Source: Octopus sinensis (taxonomy: Eukaryota). From it: DNA of 64,000 bases. The notes under the pieces were generated by a model, which saw only the letters and a program-made list of their open reading frames with translations, ran no database searches and was not told where the DNA came from. Below, one piece after another: positions 50,699-64,000 of this stretch (position 1 is the stretch's first letter; each line of letters starts with the position of its first letter). The stretch lies in the NCBI RefSeq assembly GCF_006345805.1, contig NC_043007.1, forward strand, positions 66,092,001 through 66,156,000. Reading direction: 5' to 3'. The translations under genes and the position numbers were made by a program.

Positions 50699-51659
50699 GT
50701 ATGAACATCACAAATTTCCCATCCCTATACCTTCAAACTATAGGGGTTTTGTCTGTAGCATATTAAAGAATATATATATATGTAAAATATAATAAAATAA
50801 AACAAATCAAACAAAATGCTAAAGTGATTCTATTATAAATGATATATTTTTTTCATTTATTAACTTCATGGTCTTCATTATCAGACAGTGATGCTGCTAA
50901 TGAGTGCCTTAGAGCAAAGATAATCCACATCACCTGCTAAATCCATCAGCGGGTTTCGATTCTCCATTGGAGTTAGTTTTCTTTTTTTTCTTCATTTCAT
51001 CATACCAAGGTAACACGCTTAAGAAACGCATGAATATCACGTCATTCTCATTTCTTAATATAAGATGGGCCTATGAATAAAAATCTTAGTGGGACGAAAA
51101 CAATTTTTTGAGCAACGATAGTAAATGCAGGATTTCATGAAGCATAAAGGACCAAACTAAATGATTTTTCCGGATTTAAATCTACCATTTGACTTTCAGA
51201 AATATCATTGCAGTGAAATTAGCTTGATCCTTTATCTATCTGAAATACAAAGTCTCGCCGTTAGTAAATTAATAATGTTTTCTTTTCGTCTCTTCTTTTA
51301 TTTGTTTCAGCCATTTAGACAGTGGCCATGCTGGTGCATCATCTTGAACGCTTAAATAGAACAGATCGACCATTTAAATTCGTAAATTATACCTTTCTCT
51401 ACCACGTATACAGTGTAATGTTTATAAGGCGAAAATTAAATGAAGAAAAGTAAAGGTCTTGATTTTATTTCACAGATACAGGTACAAATTAATATGTTTC
51501 TAAAGTAGAGAATGTTTAATCTTTATCGATCTACATAAAAAGTAAAGAATAAAACTATTTTTAACACACCGTATGGCAAATTAACCAATTAGGAAAAAAA
51601 ACAGGGTCTTTTTACTTAACACATGGTACAGTATAGTGCACAGATATTCCGGGTTTCTG

Positions 51660-51920
51660 GAAACTGGATAAGAGGTCCAGTACTTAATTTTATTGAAAAG
51701 GAATACATTACGGTAGTGAACTGGCAGAATCGTAAGCACGTTGCACAAAATGCTTTGCGATATTTGTTCCGGTTTAAAGGTTCTGAATTCATATGTCAGC
51801 GAAATAGATTTTGCCTTTCATCAATTCGGTGTCGATAAAATAAATACCAGCTAAGTACTGGAGTTGATATGATCGACTTTCACATTCCCTTAAAATTGCT
51901 GGTATAATGCCAAAAATTAG
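51660..51920 (+). mobile_element. SINE family A copy or copies (degenerate)
   Basis: GTGAACTGGCAGAATCGTAAGCACG...TTTTGCCTTTCATCAATTCGGTGTCGATAAAA. Confidence 0.7.
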
Positions 51921-53889
51921 GAAGAATTGTAAGGGAATATAGAAGTCGTACATTCATGATTTTTCCAGAAGCATAAGTGTGTAGCTTTTTCGGAGTCTGT
52001 TACAGTCATTCGAACCCATACTTAGATTTGAGGATAATATCCTTCCACTAGTCGTGTCACAGATGCCGCGAAAATGAGTCAAGACTGTCGTCTTTGGTTA
52101 AGTGACAAAAAAAAAAAGAAAAATTATGAACTCATTATTGAATAGGTTTTATTAGATACGTAATAAAGTGAGTTAAATAAATTAGGCTACGGGATTATGC
52201 AAAGTACCAATAGACAAAATTCCCTCTAGAGGTGTTAATAATCTAAACACAAAAAAGTAAATAACCCCAGGTAGGTTTATAATCTTAAGAATATGACTTC
52301 TCATGCTCGCATTTTCCCATGCAATCCATGATTTTCCTAGGCATTGCTGTTATAAGATAATAATGTGTCAATTAATAATTTAAGAGTTTTACCTTATAAA
52401 ATACTGAAAGATAATATTTCAATTTTTTCATGTGGGTGATGATAATATTTCAGTTTTTTCGTGATTAATTAAAAATATGTTGTGATTGAATTATTTCATA
52501 TTACCCATCCACACCAAATTAATGGCAGGGAATTTTACCATGCTGTTGGTTGCACCATGGCTTACCAAAAGTTACAGACAACAAGACCCCAAAAGCATCA
52601 GTTATCAGGCTCACCTTAAGTAACCTAATTTTGCAATATTAGGAGATCACAGAAATTCATTCAACGAAAACAAATTTCTAATGATTCCGGGATTGGGGGT
52701 GGAATCCCCCTCATTTTTTCCGAACCAAAATAAGGGATTTGAAGCATATTAGGGGGTCAGGGTACTTGATTCCACGCAAAAAATTAAATTTTGTGTGTGT
52801 GTGTGGGGGGGGGGGGTTCTTAGTGAAAATCGTGTAGGTGTCAATATAGAAATTGACCATAATGTTGTTATTTAGCCTCAAATAAACCCTGATACTCCAA
52901 ACGTATCATCAAAGACATTCCAGCCTTCAACAAACCGTCTTATTAGGGACAATCTAGGACATTACATATAATGGGCGTGTGATTTAGGTAGGGGGATACG
53001 TTAGCTGCTATTTTTAGCGTGTCGAGAGACCAGGTAGAGGCTCCTTCATTGGTTCGACTGTGTGATGAGATTTGTTTACACAAGCTGAGAGTTTCGTGTG
53101 TTGGCACTTATCAAACACGAATTTCTCCCTCTTCACTCTGTAACTTCTGACGAAATAACTTCTAAAATACAAAATTTTGTCAAAATCGTTAAGAATAAAC
53201 CCTGTTCATTGTGACATATGCTACCAGTATCGGAAGTTTGAAAGTGTTTAGTTAAAAAAAGTTAATTAAATAATCTTTGCGTCAAAATAGACCTCAGCGA
53301 AATTTGAACTCAAAAAACGTAAAGACAGACGAAATACCGTTAAGCATTATCTCCTGGGGCATTAACTTTTCTGCCAGCTCGGCGCCTTAGAAAGTAAACA
53401 TTGATTTTAGAAATATATTTTTTAGTCTTATAGCTGAAGAGTTACTCCTTTACTCTCTTACTGACATGAAATTTCGTAACATTTTACCTCATAACTCTTC
53501 TACTAAATTTTGTTCAATGCGACTAGTGATTCTGAATTCCTCGTGCATTTGTCTATCATTTAAGCATAAGAAAGGTATACTTTTAATTTAAAATTGGAAA
53601 ATAAAACAGATATCGAAAATAAAATACAAAAGAAAATAACGAAGTATGGAAACTGCAAAAAAAATCTTAACAAGAAAATAAAGAAAATAAAGAAATTAAA
53701 ACTACGACTTGCATATAAATTCTTAATACATTCCGGTAGATTTGAATGTAAATATGGTAATCGCTGTTATGTACTTCTTAGAAATAAACTCGGTGGTGCT
53801 CCAGCATGGCTGCAACTACATGGCTGATATGAATAAAAGAATAATAAAGAAATTAATAATGTCGGATAATTCTTTCTATATATAGGCTG

Positions 53890-54080
53890 ACCTGAAATTT
53901 TGTGAAAGCTGGATAGTCAGTTATAATGATCCGGACTCCTGGCTGGTACTTATGTTATCGGCCTCGAGAGCATGAAAGGCAAAGTCGATCTCGGTGGCAT
54001 TTGAACTCAGAACGTAAAGTCGGAAAAATGCCGCCAAGTATTTTGTCCGGTGAGTTAAGGAATCTGACAGCTCACTACCT
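53890..54080 (-). mobile_element. SINE family A copy (another partial copy at about 53290-53390)
   Basis: GGTACTTATGTTATCGGCCTCGAGAGCATGAAAGGCAAAGTCGATCTCGGTGGCATTTGAACTCAGAACG on the plus strand. Confidence 0.8.
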
Positions 54081-54362
54081 TAAAGCCCGATAGAACAATG
54101 GCAAGAACCAGAGTGAAATAATAGTTGAACTGAGATTCGTTGGTTCTTTTCCATTTGGTTCTCCGACATTTTCTTAAGTCTGGGCAGTAGCTTATGGTGG
54201 GGAGAAGAGTAACATAACAGAAAACGAAATCATCTCTTGGATAGGACGCTACCGTATAGAGCAAAACTAACTTTGTCATAGTGACAATGGTAGGAAGTGT
54301 TAATGGTGACATTAGAAGCATTGGCGGTAGCGAAGACGGCGGTAGCGGTAGCGGAGACGGCG

Positions 54363-54437
54363 GCGGTAGCGTCGGCAGCGGTAGCGTCGGCAGCGGTAGC
54401 GTCGGCAGCGGTAGCGTCGGCAGCGGTAGCGTCGGCA
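54363..54437. repeat. Perfect 15-bp GC-rich tandem repeat, (GCGGTAGCGTCGGCA)x5
   Basis: Direct reading; followed by (GGT)n and (GAA)n tracts. Confidence 0.95.
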
Positions 54438-55689
54438 GCGGCAGCGGCGGTGGTGGTGGTGGTGATGGTGGTGGTGGTGGTGGTGGTGGTGGTGGTGGTG
54501 GTGGTGGTGGTATGAAGAAATTGAAATAGTAGAAAGTAAAGATAGAATTTATCCATTTATGCACAAGAAGAAGAAGAAGGAGGAGAAGAAGAAGAAGACG
54601 AAGAAGAAGAAGAAGAAGAAGAAGAAGAAGAAGAAGAAGAAGACGAAGAAGAAGAAGAAGAAGAAGAAGAAGAAGAAGAAGAAGAAGAAGAAGAAGAAGA
54701 AGAATAATAATAAGAAGAAGAAGAAGAAGAAGAAAATGGTGGGGTTGTAGTGAACAAAGCTGATTAGAGAATGAGAATGCCGCTGTGCTGAGTTATCTTC
54801 AGTTATGAAGGTCTGTAATTTAATTTTACCCAGTTGTTACTTTTTTTCTGTTCTTTTAGGATTCTTTTCTTGTACGATGTGAGGGGAGTGGAGTCGGAGA
54901 GAATTGTGGGTAATATTAGAAGTGATAACGGAGGTGGGTGGGGGTTGGAGCGTTGTATGCAGGATGTGTGACAGGAGGGGTGAGGAGGGGGACAAAGAGT
55001 TAGGATAGGGTGAATGGAGGATAGGGGTGTTGGTGAGGGAATTTGTCGAAGGGTGATGGCAAAAATTTCAGAAATTGTTAGTAGTAATATGGAAGCTAGT
55101 AGTAGTAGTAGTAGTAGTAGTAGTTGTTGTTGTTGTTGTTTTTTAACAATAGCACTAGCACCAGCACTACTACTACTACTACTACTACAAGTAGTAGTAG
55201 TAGTAGTAGTAGTTTCTTGAATCCCTCCATCATTGGTTAAGTTTTTTGTCCTCAGAAACAAGTGACTTCCAAATGTTTAAATGAACAAATTAAAAGTTGT
55301 CCATCAAGGCGTCTTCACTTCCCTGTTGGATAAGCCTGAGCCACTAATCTGCCAACTTCACCATAATAAAGTAAAACAACAATGGGTTGATAGACTACCG
55401 GGAAATACTTACAATGATGAAATAACAACAAGAGGGGAAGAATTTAAAATAATTCATCCCAAAACATCTTTAGAGAGACAACTAATAAATACGTCACGTC
55501 AAATTCATTTCACTCTCCCGGACAAATTCCTAGGGAGCGTTGGGAAAATCGGTAAGCAAAACATTATTACGAAGGCCTTTCAAGGGACCCCCTTCTTAAA
55601 AAGGACACAGATCATCCACCATTGGCAATGCCGAAGGTGAATAACTACCTCTATTTTCGCCAATAAACAGTGTCACTTTGAGGAAGATG

Positions 55690-56830
55690 TTTTAATGTAC
55701 GCAGCCCGAAGTAAGCTAGGAAGTAAGGCCTCATGCTCAATGATCTCAGTTTATTTGATTTAGATGAGACGACCGTTACTGAAACCAGAATTTCTGGGAC
55801 GTATGCTCTCAGCGCATGAAGGTATTTTTTTTTTTGTTTTTACCTATCTTGTCGCCTGAAGGCATCGAGTGGTGGAATAATATTGCTCTTCTGGAAAGAA
55901 TCCGACACATAAGTCGGTGGTACAGAATGTGAATGATAGAAAAGTCAGTGCCTCTGACTAACGGCCGTCTATGTACCCACCGGAACAAGATGACCGTATT
56001 TCTTAAGCCATCTAGAAACCTCTCTTAGAACATCTCGCTCTTTGATACTGGTATTTTGGACGCACGATAGAAGTGTGTAGTTTTAACCCATAGAAGTGGG
56101 TGCAAAAGACTTGAAAAAATGAACAGATGTTTCCAACTGTGTGACATGTATCGATTGGATGTCTCGAATGTATCCATGTCGACTTGAAGCAACCAGGATG
56201 GGTTTCCCAGATCGTACTTAGAGCATTCCTTACGTTCGGTGAGAGAGATAGTTTAGTTAGTCCGTAATTTAAGCCGGTCGGTTACACAGATCACAGATTT
56301 GTGATCTTCACAGTCGCTGTAGAGAGGACTCATTGATAGGGATCGACTATCGGAAGTTGAACGCATTTTTCTTGAAGCAAAAAGAGTACAGAGACTGGAT
56401 AAGCGAGCTAGTCAAGCGGTATCAACAACACTTGGAGGGGTGCCCTGAAGAGGACAATTAAACATGAGTCAATAGCGTTTGGTAAAGAACTATCGACAGA
56501 GAGAAATAGATTAGAAAAGAAACTAGTTTGTAAACTAGAAGAGGCAATTAAATAACAACGCAACCAAGTTGTCAGCAGCAAGAATTGTCCTCGACTATTT
56601 CTTGAATGCAAAACACGAAGGCTACGTTATCAGACCAAGAGCGCATTGGCTAAAAAGGAAGAAGGAACGAAACCCGTTCAATGGGTTTGGATTGTAGAAG
56701 TCCGACATGGCAAGAATTCAGAGGTCCGACGTGGCCATAATTCAGTCTCTGACGGATTACGATGGGTGCGTTTTGCGCGGTTTCAAACAAATGTTTGCAG
56801 CCTTCCAGTAGCACTTTGCTCACTCGTCAG
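55690..56830 (+). mobile_element. Decayed Tx1/L1-like LINE fragment (APE endonuclease and following region)
   Basis: FNVRS, LNDLSLFDLDETTVTETRI, SGGIILL, AVYVP, GYTDHRFV, YRKLNA. 56450-56720 resembles 21240-21470. Confidence 0.65.
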
Positions 56831-56841
56831 ACTAAGCGATG

Positions 56842-56979
<138 letters not shown>

Positions 56980-57261
56980 ATAACGATAACTAACAACTGA
57001 AGAGGTCACCCAGGTACTGCAAAAACTAAGCAACTGGAAGGTACCCGGGCACGATAAGATCCCCAACTTCTGGTTAAAATTTTCGGGCTATCGAAATATA
57101 TTGTGTGTTTGTGTGTGTGTTGTGTGTGTGTCGTATATTACATCTGCACCAATTTCTCTACTTGGGAACATAATTTTTGACAAAATAACTTTTCTAAAAA
57201 CAACTCTAATCACTCGATGGATATGAATGATACTGTAAGATATTTATGGTCGTCTTAATTG

Positions 57262-59613
57262 CACTGGACAACGAAGATTTTACTACTGAGGTAAAAATAA
57301 GTGTTTTAGACTAAATCGTGGAATGCTGATTCCGAATCCGCACCCAGAATTGTTCCAGCACGTCAGGATTTTGAGTTATGAGAATGGGCAAGAATATAGG
57401 TGGTACTATAAAATTTGCTAAAATGAAAGCGGTCTTAATTCAAAATTAAAGAAATAACAGCAATACAACAAACTATGAGTAAGTTCATTGTTTAGTTTAG
57501 CAAGAGATGGCGCTGACGTATTGTGTGTAAGCGCCAAATACGTCAGTTTGTTCTTGGTGTCTCAGTGTCGTTCGCGTTGCCGTCACGTACGTGTAGTATT
57601 TGTATCTCTCACTCTGCTTGATTACTGTTTTAACTATGTTCATTGTGTTAAATCATGAATAGGAGAGGCTGTGTGAATCACCCAGACAACTTTTGTTGTC
57701 TGTGGAAAATTTTCTCAGCGTGACCAGAGGAAGAACATGACCACCAAATTAAAAACTGCCTATAAGTATTATTTCGGGTTTGAAGTTGAGGACTTAGACA
57801 GGAGGTGGGTACCTCATATATGCTGCACTGTGTGTTACTCAGGGCTTATACAGTGGCTGAATGGAAAACGGAGGGGAATGCCCTTTGCTGTACCAATGGT
57901 ATGGCGTGAGCCAACGAATCATGATTTTGATTGTTACTTTTACATGACTAATATTAGTGGTTTCTCAAAGAAAACTACAGCAAAAATCGTGTATGCAGTT
58001 TGTAAGTCAGCTTTCAAACCGGTCCCGCATGACTTCGAGAACCCCGTCCCAGTTCCCCTCTCACATGGTTCACTTGAAGAGCTTGACATGTACGATGAAC
58101 TCCCTGATTTTCCTGTTAACGAAGAGTCTGTAGTTGAGTCTAAGAAAAATGAATCATGCTGGTTTAGTCAAGATTTGAACGATTTGGTAAGAGACCTAGT
58201 ATTGTCAAGGAAGAACGCAGAAGTTTTGAGATCCAGATTATAACAACGGAATCTCCTACAGCAATGTACGAAAATGTTCATTTTCTGTTCTCGCCATGAA
58301 GGCTTATCTATCTTTTTCAATCAAGAAAATAATGTATGTTTTCGTACTGACATTAATGCACTCATGCAAAAACTAAGACAGATGCATGTGGCTAACGAAT
58401 GGCGATTGTTTATAGACTCGAGTAAGATTAGCCTCAAAGCTGTGTTTTACATAATGGTAATGAAAAACCTTCCATTCCTGTGGGTCATGTTAGTATGGTA
58501 GAAACTTATGAATCAACGGAACTCATTCTGAAAGGAGTTAGGAGTTAATTACTCAGTTCATAATGGGAATATTTGTGATGATTTAAAGGTGATTTCCCTC
58601 CTCCTAGGATTGCAGCTGGGATATACCAAAAATATGTGCTTCTTGTGTGTTTGGAACAGCCATGATGACAGCAATCATTACACTATAAAAGACTGGCCTA
58701 AAATAAATGAGCGCATAGTTGGTCGATACAATGTGTAGCATATGCCACTGGTAGACCCGCAAAAGAGCTCCCTTTCACCCCTTCACATCAAATTCGGCCT
58801 CATGAAAAACTTCGTAAAAGCAATGACACACAATGGTTGTGGCTTCCAGTACCTAGAAGTTAAATTTGGTGCAGAGAAAAGTGACACAAGAGTGAAAGGA
58901 GGCATTTTCATTGGACCCAAGATCAGATAATTGATGTCTGATAGCAAATTCAGAGGTAAACTGAATCCAGTTCAGCTGACGGCATGAGATTCATTCATGT
59001 TAGTTGTACAAAACTTTCTTGGAAATCATAGAGCTGAAAACTATACTGATTTAATAAACAACATACTAACAGCGTATGAAAGAATGAGATGTTGAATTCC
59101 CTTAAAATGCACTTCTCGCATTCCCATCTCGATTTTTTTTCCAGCGAATCTTGGTGCTGTTACTGATAAGCATGGTGAGATGTTCTACTAGGATATATCT
59201 GAGATGGAAACGAGGTATCAAGGCCGGTTCAATCCACACATGATGGGTGACTACAACGGCAGACCAGCACGACGCATAAGCGCAAGAGCAAGTGATCAAA
59301 AATTTCTAAGTTGAGCATATCAAAATTAGAGTATTCCTTAACATAAATATACTATGTACCATTATATTATAATACTCTTTGCCTTGAACATAAATATACT
59401 ATATACAGTACAATTATTCTATTAAGATAATTATTTACCTTGAACTCAACTATTCCTGATACTAATATAGTATTAATATATAATCATGCGCATAACTCAA
59501 AAGCCTGACGTGCTACAACAATTCTGAGTTCAGATTCGGAATCAGCGTACTCCATTTAGTTTAGTACAGCACCATTTGTCTGAGTAGCAAATATTAACTT
59601 TTTCCCCCCAGTT
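57262..59613 (+). mobile_element. Full-length decayed Chapaev3-like (CMC/Transib-related) DNA transposon
   Basis: Imperfect ~120-bp TIRs at 57262-57380 and 59491-59613, with a core GCTGATTCCGAATC...CAGAATTGTT..AGCACGTCAGG.TTTTGAGTTATG. CACTG start. Flanks TTG and TTA (degenerate TWA-type TSD). Encloses a transposase pseudogene. Confidence 0.8.
57655..59310 (+). pseudogene. Chapaev3-like DDE transposase pseudogene
   Basis: MNRRGCVNHPDNFC, AYKYYFG..DLDRRWVPHICCTVC, MPFAVPMVWREPTNHDFDCYF, LFIDSSKISLKAV, ICDDLKVISLLLGLQLGYTKNMCFLC, PLHIKFGLMKNFVKA, DKHGEMFY*DISEMETRYQG. Several stops and frameshifts. Confidence 0.85.
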
Positions 59614-60635
59614 TTATTTAACAGGATCACGAAAATAAACGCTTCAGATTGACCATGTATTATCTGGGTCAAAAGATTTTGCACCACTGAAGCGAAGTTA
59701 GCGTAGTCACTCGGTTATTTTAGCAGTAGACTTCCTTGAGGATGACTTATGAGGGAAATTCACCTTCACCCTCACTGCCGTCACCGATTCGCCACTATTC
59801 GTCAATTCCTTCTGGTTTAATCCAATTAGACATCCGAATTGAACTAAACACCGAACAATCTAATTACAACTGCAGCCCACCCCAAAAATATCAGAAGACA
59901 TGGTATTGAAATTCCTTTTTCAAGACCCCGAATTACTAGTGCGTGTGTAATATTTGTTCCAGTTAACAGCGTGTAATTCCACTAGTACTTCATGCACCAC
60001 ATGGACACTGCTTTGTATTCTGGTCCATATTGGAACCTCTTGAGACGCTTAGCTTTCCAAACACTATTCTTTGCCACAATCTTACAACTGAATTTAATAA
60101 TAATAAAAAAAAGCAAATAAAAACCTGCCTAATTTATCTTTATTTTCCTACTTACCACCTATTACTGATTCCCGTCCGTATCTAACAGCCAATTCTTATA
60201 ATCCGGTCTTTGCACAATTTCCGTTCTGAATACGTCATGTGAAATTCTATAAAATTTCCAGAAAAATATTGTCCTAGCTAAGTTGATTACACAGATCACA
60301 TATTATCTTTATGTCCATATTATTCTTTACTAAATACGCTCTAGTCAAAATAATCCCTGTAGTTCACGCCCACTCTGGCATAATCAGGTTGTCTGCTAGA
60401 TAATTGTTATTGTCTGAAGAGATTCGAAACGCTTTTAAAACCATATCCTACACGCTATAAAATCTCTGACTGTGTGTGTACGTGTGTATGAGTAAGTATT
60501 TCTGTGTGCATATGTCTGTGTGTGTGTGTGTGTGTATTTTGTCTGTGCGCTTGTGCGTGCGTGTACGCTGTGTGTGCGCGCGGGCAAGTGTGACATTGCA
60601 TTTCTTAATAAATGAACTGGATATTATTATTATTA

Positions 60636-60726
<91 letters not shown>

Positions 60727-61329
60727 CGTTGTTGCTGTTGTGATGGTGGTGGTGATGGGGTGACTGCTGTTATTGCTGCTGCTGCTGTTTTTGTTGTCCT
60801 CATCATCGACATCGTCGTTGGTCGTTGTTGTTGGTGTTGTTAAAGTCGTTCACTGTGAAATGTCATGTTTCTCATAACACAGAGTAAAAGATATTTTCTT
60901 GCAAGATTTTCCTGCAAAACTCGTTGTGTATTGTTTGTTCGTTTTTGTTTTTTTTTTTGTAATTTTGCTCTTGTTTTACCACTAAAGGTCTTGAAACTTT
61001 TGAACGACTATCCCCTTAGGTGTGGTTAAAAAAAATGCTTTCCCCGTAGTCATTTTAAATGTGCCATAGAAGTGATAGCATTAAGATAAACAAACACGCT
61101 CCCAAATAATCCCCGAAAGGAAATTTACCAATCCACTGAGAGAAGTTGTACAGCAGAAGACACATTGATATAACGTTGATGAAAACAGTAATTGAAGGGA
61201 AATGCAGGAAAAAGGCAGTGACAACACCAGTAAGATCCCATAATCGTTTCGCTAAGACTAGGGACAAATATAATAAGTCGAGCTTAACCGACTTCAGAAA
61301 AAGCGATGGAATGAACGAGATGTGTCACA

Positions 61330-62120
61330 AAAGAGAGTACCACCTTGCCCTACAAATGTTCTATGAAACACGAAGGTATGTGAGAAAAATTTCTGAGAAG
61401 GACGACCGCATTTGCTCACAGCAGAGGCAAAGAGGAAGATGACGTGCACTCTTGTTATAAAAACGACGGGAAGATATTCTGTATGCCCTCGAAGATAATG
61501 TTGAAGTCCCTGACTGACGTAGAATGCGTACACCATCATCCAAGACGTTTGTTAGAGCAGTCCTACATCTATCTTTGAAGACAGGGAAGATAGATGTATA
61601 ACTGCTCTAACAAGCACCAGTCCACAGGCAGGTACTATGGTATATGGGTTTCAGAAAAATAGGGTCCTGAGCTGAGAAGTCATAAATTTCGATCGTTGCT
61701 TTATCGTGACCCCTGCGCAACATTACGGACATTATAATTAAAATAAGAGTTGATAATAAGAAAGCAGCTAGTGATGTGTGCTCTCCACACACACGCATCA
61801 AGCCAAGAAAGAAAAGATTTTTGAATACGTGGAAGCGAGTTTCATAAAAGATAAACAAGTATAATGTTACAAACAGTTACACAAAAAGATTTGGCCGGTG
61901 ATGTGCAGATATTAACTGAGCTTGCGGCTTGTTTTGAGATTACCGGACAGCAATCAAATGGGGTTGTCCTTCTCAGGAATTTTTCTCACAACTTGTCTTA
62001 ATGTGTCTTTAATGGAGCTGCAATCCTAGGTTATGTGATGACCAAGACTGGTTCTTGAAATTTACGCAGACGCTCCCAGATCTGTATTTGTTAAGCAATG
62101 CAGTTGCTGGAACTTCCAGC
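61330..62120. mobile_element. Possible pair of inverted Tc1/mariner-like N-terminal relics
   Basis: 36-bp inverted repeat 61379-61414 / 61955-61990 (33/36). Translations FYETRRYVRKISEKDDRI (+) and RKFQEP...VRKIPEKD (-) loosely resemble the Tc1 GRPRK region. Confidence 0.3.
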
Positions 62121-62929
62121 CTGTTGCGCTGTTTAGAGGAATAGCGAGAAAAAAATTTACTCCGGAAGACTATGAACAATTTCCAGTAAACAATGACTTT
62201 CATTGCTGCTGTAATTTCAATGCCTGTTCGAGTCAAACTCTACATGCATGGAAATAATTCTGTATTTGCCTATAGGTTTGGCAAGCTAAAGTCTAGTTAT
62301 ACTTCAACTCAAAATGTAGTGGACCTCTGACCAACGTGTTGACGACACTGTCAGAGGTTTTTTCACGAATGGAGTAGCATAGAGTTTATCCCTCGCACCA
62401 CGCTGTACAAACACTACTACCACCACAACATCACCAACAACGTAAATGACAAAATCAGACAAACTCACAATCATGACTATGGCTCAAACAGATCATTTAA
62501 AAAAAAGAACTAGAAAAATCACAATAACTAGTGTAAATGCAACAGGTAACAACTACTACAACCATATCAACAACAAAAATACACACAAACCAACAGCAAA
62601 AGCAAATTGACAAATTTGAGGAAAATCGAGCATATAATCGATTGAGTACACGAAACAAAACATAAAAATATAAACAGTAAATGGAGAGGATTTGACAAAT
62701 TCAACAGGTAATCAACAGACGTTACAAATGCTTAGAAATAAAGTTATAAAGCCTATGCAATGTTGAAAAGGTCAGTTTGGGTGTCCTGGAAGGTAGTTTT
62801 CTTTATTGCTCTGGATATAAGCTTAAATTAAGTCCACTTTCTTTTATGTTTCAAAAATTACTGTCGGTTGCGAAAATAGATACAGCCTGGGGTTGTCTTC
62901 GAATTCACATCTTTATCGATTTCATTTTA

Positions 62930-63130
62930 CCAGTTTTAGATGCGGTAGCCATTACCGAGACTAAGATTTCGAAAATGCATGCACTCACACCCATCATTGA
63001 CAACTACGAAATGTACACAACTGTCGATCAAACGTGATGGAGTGGAATGATAGTGTTGTCTACGGAATGATTAGAACACGAAATATGAACGATATTCTTG
63101 AATTCAGATAAGGTGTTGGACGAGAACAGC
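62930..63130 (+). mobile_element. Possible Tx1-like APE endonuclease N-terminal relic
   Basis: LDAVAITETKIS..L...IDNYE resembles the DxxxxTETRI motif at 55760. Confidence 0.35.
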
Positions 63131-63404
63131 AGCGAGGACAATGCTTCCAGTTTAGTAACTGTATGTGTGAGTGTATGTGGTTTATCCAGTTTGTGTTTAA
63201 AATTTTTAATTATGGTGTTTTATATAATCTCTTATTTATTCTGCGTGTCTATGTTAATATTTTAATATGTTCAGTGCCTGACGTCATTACACCTTACGGC
63301 TTTGTATAACTTTGTCTATTTTTCCCCCCACATATTTAAGCATTTCCCTCTAAAGCATCGTATCTGTATGTATGTAAAATCTCTTGCAGCCATAGCAGGG
63401 TGAA

Positions 63405-63535
63405 GGGCTGGCAGAATCGTTAGAGTGTCGAAAACAAAAATGCCTTGCGGTATTTCTTTCGACGCTTTACATTGTGAGTTCAAGCCCTGCCGAAGTCCAC
63501 TTGGCTTTTAATCCTTTCGGGCTCAGTAAAATAAG
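63405..63535 (+). mobile_element. SINE family A copy (partial)
   Basis: GGGCTGGCAGAATCGTTAG...GAGTTCAAG...TTGGCTTTTAATCCTTTCGGG. Confidence 0.75.
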
Positions 63536-63869
63536 GTGTGATTTCGGTCGAATTACAACGTAGAGATTTCCTAGTAAACACGTGGAATGTAAGTTAAAAT
63601 GATGTAGATCGGCGTTGGCACATATTAATCCAGAGGCAAGTTCTTAGGAGTGTTCATGAGGTTGATTTACAGTTAAAAGTAGCCCTTCATCAAAGAAAGG
63701 AAGAGGGGGGAGGTCTGAGAAAGAAAGAGCGAGATGGAGAGGGAGAGATTAGGAGAGAGAAAGAAACAGAGCATGCAGAGGTGTTGTTATTTCCTTTTTT
63801 ACTTCTGTGGGAAGTAAAATATTAAACTTGTGATATTCAAGGCATTCTATACATTTGCATAAACTGCTA

Positions 63870-64000
63870 ACCCAGTGCGTAACTAGTACTTAATTTATCG
63901 ACCCCGAAAGGATGAAAGGCAAAGTCGACCTCAGCGGAATTTGAACCCAGAACACTTAACGGCAGACGAAATACGGCTACGCATTTCGCCCGGCGTGCTA
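63870..64000 (-). mobile_element. SINE family A copy, head continuing off the window end
   Basis: CCCAGTGCGTAACTAGTACTTAATTTATCGACCCCGAAAGGATGAAAGGCAAAGTCGACC...GAATTTGAACCCAGAAC on the plus strand. Confidence 0.9.

Noticed and set aside
55281-55640. 119-aa non-repetitive ORF
   Set aside because: The upstream acceptor leads to an in-frame stop and no domain is recognised. It could be decayed LINE ORF1, given its position before the endonuclease relic, but this is unsupported.
60414-60435. CTGAAGAGATTCGAAACGCT hammerhead-like string
   Set aside because: It lacks the required U16.1, has a 1-bp stem II and no stem I.

Overview
This is eukaryotic, AT-rich, repeat-saturated DNA. A cephalopod (Octopus-like) origin is inferred from the SINE families and the extreme microsatellite density. 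No intact protein-coding gene, tRNA, rRNA or CRISPR array can be supported, and almost all ORFs in the supplied track are microsatellite translations. The window holds dozens of tRNA-derived SINE copies from at least three families, plus fossil non-LTR retrotransposons (RTE, R4/Dong-like, Tx1/L1-like). It also holds DNA transposon relics: a full-length decayed Chapaev3-like element with TIRs, Tigger/pogo, a Helentron/DINE-1-like element and an hAT-like end. The most interesting unexplained signals are: (1) four dispersed minimal hammerhead-ribozyme-like cassettes of the Penelope-associated type, each 50-105 nt upstream of a (TA)n/(TATG)n tract; (2) a TIR element with a 6-bp TSD filled with telomere-like TTAGGG repeats; (3) a 425-bp micro-inversion that splits both an R4-like ORF and a SINE; (4) SINE multimers built from a 184-bp internal unit; (5) a 17-bp minisatellite that switches strand twice; (6) a weak candidate 18-nt microexon plus a 133-nt exon on the + strand. 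Family names are recalled from motifs, not from database searches, and repeat boundaries are approximate.
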